NCBI RefSeq assembly: GCF_009914755.1
Contig: NC_060935.1
Length of the DNA: 64,000 bases
From: the human T2T-CHM13v2.0 reference genome, Homo sapiens
Reading direction: 5' to 3' (one strand)
The notes under the pieces are model-generated. The model was given only the letters and a program-made list of their open reading frames with translations. It was not told the origin of the DNA and made no database searches. A program made the position numbers and the translations under genes. Positions 58,501 to 64,000 of the stretch are shown here, in pieces. The first letter of the stretch is position 1, and each line of letters opens with the position of its first letter.

Positions 58501-61500
58501 TTATGTACCTTATGCTGAATTGGGGCTTTTCTCAGAATTGAAAAAATTGGAATTATGACATAGGAAAGAACTGTGGAAAGTCATTCAGCCTCCAGAATTC
58601 AAAACGATATTTTATATAAATTATCCAAGAACAATAGGTGGGTATTTTCTCCCTTAGATTGGCTTCATCTTTACTTTCACTGTTAACTTTCTGTTGAAAG
58701 TTCTGGCTGCTTCCCCTTCCACAACATGGGCCACTTCCTTTTCTTGAAGTTACCATGGCCAACCATTGAACTTGCTTTTTCTGAAAGTGACTCTGACTTG
58801 GTACACTGAAGCTCATGTGTCCTTTCCCCATGCCTTGTCTTGTCTAACTCTAACTACCTCCTTAGCCAGAGGCCAATGCTGCCCCTGCACCAATCGGCTT
58901 TGACAACTGTGTATACGGCCCCTGCCTGACCTGCCTGTACTCAGCGTTGGCAGCCTCGTTGAGGTTTCATTCATTGCCTTCAGGCCCTGCTTCTAAAAAT
59001 TTCTCCTTCTTTTAAATGTGGTTAACATGATGTTTAATATTTAAAATTAACAATTTTGCATTTTTAACCTTGACATTGGATGGCTGAACTGCATCCTCTT
59101 CAAGGACAGCTTGCACAGCCTTCTTGAAGGGTAGGACCCTACTTCAAATTGTGTTCAAGGTCAGGTGTCTGCTTTCCTGTGGCTGTGGGGGGTTGGGTAG
59201 GGTAGGGATTTATGGGTATGATTCCCATTAGGAGGCTTCTTGGAAGATCTTTATGAATGAGCTAGAGAGAGGGATTGAAGGAGACATAATGTCACAGCCT
59301 CTGGTTCCTACAAGGCCTTGGTTCCAACACAAGACTGGAAACAATTAGCAGCAGCAAGAATTTGCTGTTTATGGAGGAGTGGGAGGAATGAAGTAAATCT
59401 TGTATTTGGAATTAAACATGGGAATTTGGACCTGTATCTCAATCAGGTGAATCAGAAGATATGCTCCAGAAGCCATGAAATCCCTAAGTCTGTTTACATC
59501 TTGGGTGATAATTTTGGAAGCCTAAAATAGCCTTTGCCTTTGTGGCTATGCTAAACTGATACTATGGAACAGTTATAGATTATGTTCTCTTGATATTATT
59601 AACTAGATGAATTTGCATTGTTTAGAAACTAGGCTTTCAGTATGGCCCCTTTTAATTGCAATATTGAAAATCCTGGTAAACTTGGACTTCCAAACTTGGG
59701 TTTCTCTAGAAATCAAGAAGTTTTAAAACAGAATCCTGATCTTTACTGGTCAGGCTTGAAATTTAGTTTCAAGATAATTTTCCCAGAGACTATAGAACAG
59801 CTTTAGTTTAGAATTAGACAAGGTGATTCTTTTTTTTTCCCCTCTTTTCCTCTTTGCTGAACCTCCAATAGATGAGCAGAAAGGTTTAGGTGATTTTGCA
59901 AAGTGATTTTTCAAGCACTTGACTGAAAGCTGTAGCCTTGAGGGACCTTGGAAAGAGAATTGCCTTACTGCCTTCTTCACCAAGAGTTACCCACTCGCCT
60001 TGTGTGGTGAAGAAGGGTTTCTGATTTATGGCCAGGTTCATTGGTGGGTCACTCTGGTGGAGCTTGTCCTAAGCATTTTAATTTGGATGGTGGAGCTAGG
60101 GAAGCCTCAGCACAGCTCCGCGGATAAGGTTGTAACCAGCCTTCCATGACCTGTCTTGTCTCTGATTCCCTTGAGCGAGTGTTATTCTTTGGACTGTCAA
60201 ATTGGCACCTTTGGATATTTCTCTGACCTTGAAAATTAGAATAATTAAGTTTCCTCTTGCACAGTGGGGTTTGATATGCGTAATTAACAGCAGCCAGCAT
60301 TCCCCAGAGATCACATTTTGTAAAACATTAAGGGAGGAAAGACACAAACCTTCTTGAATGAAGGGATATGGACGTTAGTTACATATGACTGTGGCAGTAT
60401 TTGGATGTTCCTTTTCATGTGACTGTAGATATTTCCATGAAATTTAGTAATGCACATTCCCTTTATTTATTTTTGGTAGCTCCTATCATGTGAAACAGAG
60501 GGAAGTGAATAATTGGCAACTGGATAATGAGTGGGGACAAGATCTGAAAAAGTCCTTTATAGTGAAGAAGAAAGTTAATTGTAGGCTACATTAACTTTGT
60601 TGCAGTAAAACCAATTTTTAGATCATAATAATTGTGTTTGTGCATTTCTGCATGTCATGGTCCCAAGCTATGATGGTGCCCCACATCAACTGGTCACATA
60701 GGAGTAGATGCCTAAACAAGTGCAATGCATGTTTTTGAGTCCTTGTCTTTTTAAAGACTTCTTCAAATAACTCTGATCCTTTATGGCACTATTTTCTCTG
60801 AAATTTTCTTTGGGCCTTTATACATAGATAGGCAGATAGACAGAGAGAAAGAACACAATCCATTAGGAAACAGTTCTGTCTGTTGATTGCTCTTAGAAAT
60901 TAACTGTTTGCTTTCAGCCAATGGGAGTTAGAAGAACTAACTGTGGGTATACTGTCAACCAGTGAGCATTAGTGTTCCATACTGTGACTGCTCCCTGCTG
61001 CTGAGCTCTCCTAATTAACTCTGGATTCTGGACTCTGATTCTGGCCTTTATTTCATGGTGTGGGAACTGATGTCAAAAAGTATGCAAGTGATAGTATCGG
61101 ACTGTTTATAAAGATTAAGAAAGAGCATCATTCTTGTTGCAAAAACGTGGATTTTACAGTAATTTTAGATAACTTCAAGGAAATGATCTGGTAATCCAGC
61201 AGCAGAGACCAATAGGCAATTAGAAATTAGTGGAGGTCCTTCGAAATTATGAAGGACATCATAATGTCTTGCCACTGGGGAGGGGTTGAGCAATAACTTA
61301 AGGGTGGTAGTTGGTAGAGAATATGGCAGAGAAGAAATTTCTGAAGCGCATAGAAAGGTTGTTAAAGTACTACAATGGGACCACATACCCTATAGGGATG
61401 GTGCTATTGTGACCTTATATACCGTGATTCAGTTAATGATAAATGGAACAAATGAATACTCACTCTTCGATAGAAAAGACTAAAAGGTGAGTGGGAGAGT

Positions 61501-61556
61501 GATTAAGTGTATCATAAGCATCTGTGACAGTGATCCTAATTTGGTATCCCTATTTT

Positions 61557-61866
61557 ATTTATTTATATTTTTTGAGACAGTGTCTTGCTCTGTCACCCAG
61601 GCTAGAGTGCAGTGGTGAGATCACGGCTCACTGAAGCCTTGACCTTCTCCCCACAACCTGGTCTCAAGCAACCCTCCCACCTCTGCCTCCTGAGTAGCTG
61701 GGACTATAGGTGTGTGCTGCCATACCCAGCTAATTTTTGTATTTTTTGTAGAGATGGGGTTTCACCATGTTGCCCAGGCTGATCTTGAACTCCTGGGCTC
61801 AAGCAATTGGCCCACTACAGCCTCCCAAAGTGTTGGGATTACAGGTGTGACCCTCTACACCTAGCC
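61557..61866 (-). mobile_element. AluJ
   Basis: J-type diagnostics; TSD tggtatccctatttt (61542-61556) / tgatatccctgtttt (61867-61881). Confidence 0.93.
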
Positions 61867-62651
61867 TGATATCCCTGTTTTAATTACTGATTTTCACCCA
61901 ACACCATTCATATCTTTGCCGATTAGCTCCACTTCTCTCAAAAAATAAGTCCGTATTGAAAGGATTTGAATGTTAAGAAAGTCTCCAAAAGCTGTTATCA
62001 GGGCCTGGAGTCAGTGAATGAGTCATAGCAAGACAGATTATTACTCAGATGCTGCTTTGCTTCCTATTCACCAGTAAAACCAAATGAGATCAGTTAAATG
62101 TTCATCATGTGCTGATACCAAGCTCGCTGCACTTTAAGCCAAGCAAAATGGTTGATTCCCCTTTCTTTGAGTCTTTTCCTTGTTTTAGTCAGCTTTCCAA
62201 GTTCTTTGGCCCCAAATAGAAGATTTTTTTTGTACCTATCCAGATTTCAAATTAAGACTAGAACCATTTTCCAATTTTTTTTTTTTGTAAAAAAGAAAGA
62301 AAAGAATAAAAGTCACGTGGGATCAAATGAGTCTAAGAATCAATGACCACTTTATTTTTTCTTTGAGAATCAAATTACATATAAGCATAGTCTAGCTCTG
62401 AGAAGTCCTTCACTAAAGAAATGTACTTTATTTAAACTCAAGCTTTTACTAACTATATTCAACAAGATAAAATAACTTTTATTAAGACTCTATTGTTTTT
62501 GGCATTATTTTATTGCCTACCCATCGTTTTTTCCCCCAAGTAACAACTGTTAATTGTCTAGGTGAAATGCAAAACTATCAAATAAATGTTCATATAAGAA
62601 AAACGCAGTGTTGTACAACCATATGTGACTTGTAGACCTCATGATCTAAAT

Positions 62652-63043
62652 CAGTGCTATCTAATAAATATATAATGCCAGCCACATATGTAAGTTTTTT
62701 CAAGGAAATTCTTTTATTTGTTTTTTTGTTAACTGAAACACATTTAGATATACATATTTTCAGGTTACAGCCACATATGTAGTTTTATATTTTCCAGTAA
62801 AAAAGACAAAAAAGGTAAAAATAATTGTAATAAAATGTTCTATTTAACTCCCTATATCCAAATATTATTTCAACATGTAATGAAAATTAAAAGTTATTGG
62901 TAAGATACTTTACATTATTTGCCTACTAAGTCATGAAAATCCAGTGCAAATTTACACTTAAAGCACACCTCAATTTAGACTAGTTCCATTTCAAGAACTT
63001 GGTAGCCACACATGACTAATGGCTACCATTTGGGATGATGCAG
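62652..63043 (+). mobile_element. MER33 hAT-Charlie element with a small internal insertion
   Basis: cagtgctatctaata...agccacatatgta...tatccaaatattatttcaacatgtaat...cacacctcaatttagactag...ggctaccatttgg. Confidence 0.88.
62693..62767 (-). mobile_element. Very short L1 (L1MA/PB-like) 3' terminus inside MER33
   Basis: T-rich tail then aactgaaacacatttagatatacatattttcagg; flanked by cagccacatatgta at 62679-62692 and 62768-62781. Confidence 0.6.
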
Positions 63044-63611
63044 GTCCAGAGTAAGCTGCAATGCAAAAAGTATGCAAGTGATAGTATCTGACTGTTCATG
63101 AAGATTAATAAAAAAGTATCATTCTAGTTGCAAAAACATGGATTTTATAGTAATTCTTCTTCCCACGAGTATAGTGCAACCAGCCTGATCTGGTCCCAAC
63201 AACATCATCTGGAATTAGGCCAGCCTCTGGAAATCATTTGGTAAAAGACATATAGGAACTCAACATTTATATTTCTTTAATTTTTCTGTTTCATCCCACT
63301 CCATTGTCAAGTGTGCCCCCATGAGAAGTGAACACGATTGGTAGAAACCTTGATTACTTAATGGAAGTCAGCAGGAAGGGATTCAAAACCTCACTTAACT
63401 TTATCAGGATATATTTTAATTTTACTTATGGTAGGCCTTTGAGTTGATCTTCCATGTTTTAGAACTCTGATAGGCATTTGGATGTGGCTGAAAAATATTG
63501 AGACTTATTAGATGGAACCACTGGATTGGACTTTGAAGGGCCAGTGAAATTTTAAATGCAGTATCATTAGAGTAGACGTGTGTGCATGTGTTTATTAGGT
63601 AATAGATAATG

Positions 63612-63810
63612 AAAGTAATACTTAACATTTACTTTTTTTTTCCACGTGCCAAGCCCTATTTAATAGGCATCATCTGTTTTAATCCTTACAATTCCATGAA
63701 TAGCCTCATTATACAGATAAAGAAAATAAGGCTTAGGCAGCTTAGGGAAATTTGACTGAGGTCCCACAGTTGTTGGCTATATTCAATGCCAGAGCCCATA
63801 TGCTTATAGA
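63612..63810 (-). mobile_element. MIR
   Basis: tttaatccttacaa...cctcattatacagataaagaaaataaggcttagg...gaggtcccacag. Confidence 0.8.
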
Positions 63811-64000
63811 ACAGGGAGTTCCCATGTACTGTATTTCCAATAATCTGCAACCTTTGAGGATCAACCGAGATTGAGAAATCAGGATAGTAAGGCTGTAGAC
63901 CAACCACTTTGCAAGAATGTGTCCTCTGGGGGAATATCCCTGAATATTTTTGACACTAGAATGGTGTTCACATAACTTTCCTCAATTCTATGATTGTGAA

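Noticed and set aside
61066-61164. The duplicated 91-bp unit as a C/D-box snoRNA
   Set aside because: No properly placed RUGAUGA/CUGA pair or terminal stem shared by both copies

Overview
Primate (very probably human or great ape) non-coding genomic DNA. About 20 Alu/FLAM copies from AluJ to AluY age and an L1PA3/4-type insert support this. I see no CpG island, no recognisable host-gene exon and no RNA gene. All long ORFs in the track come from L1, Alu, LTR or simple-repeat sequence. The dominant structure is a full-length, TSD-flanked L1PA7-like element (34173-42492, minus strand). A younger 5'-truncated L1 landed in its 5'UTR just upstream of ORF1, and an AluY re-used the same TTAAAA target right beside it. 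The rest is a mosaic of MIR, L2, CR1, old L1M, MaLR/ERVL solo LTRs and hAT MITEs, plus several TE-free, homeodomain/nuclear-receptor-motif-rich islands that look like enhancer or conserved non-coding candidates. Most L1s and LTRs are on the minus strand, compatible with a large intron of a plus-strand gene, which I cannot name. I found no evidence for a new biological system. The most unusual observations are the nested chimeric L1, a 3'-truncated old L1 with apparent TSDs, and four local non-TE duplications. Repeat subfamilies were assigned by eye from remembered consensus sequences, and boundaries of old repeats are approximate (tens of bp).
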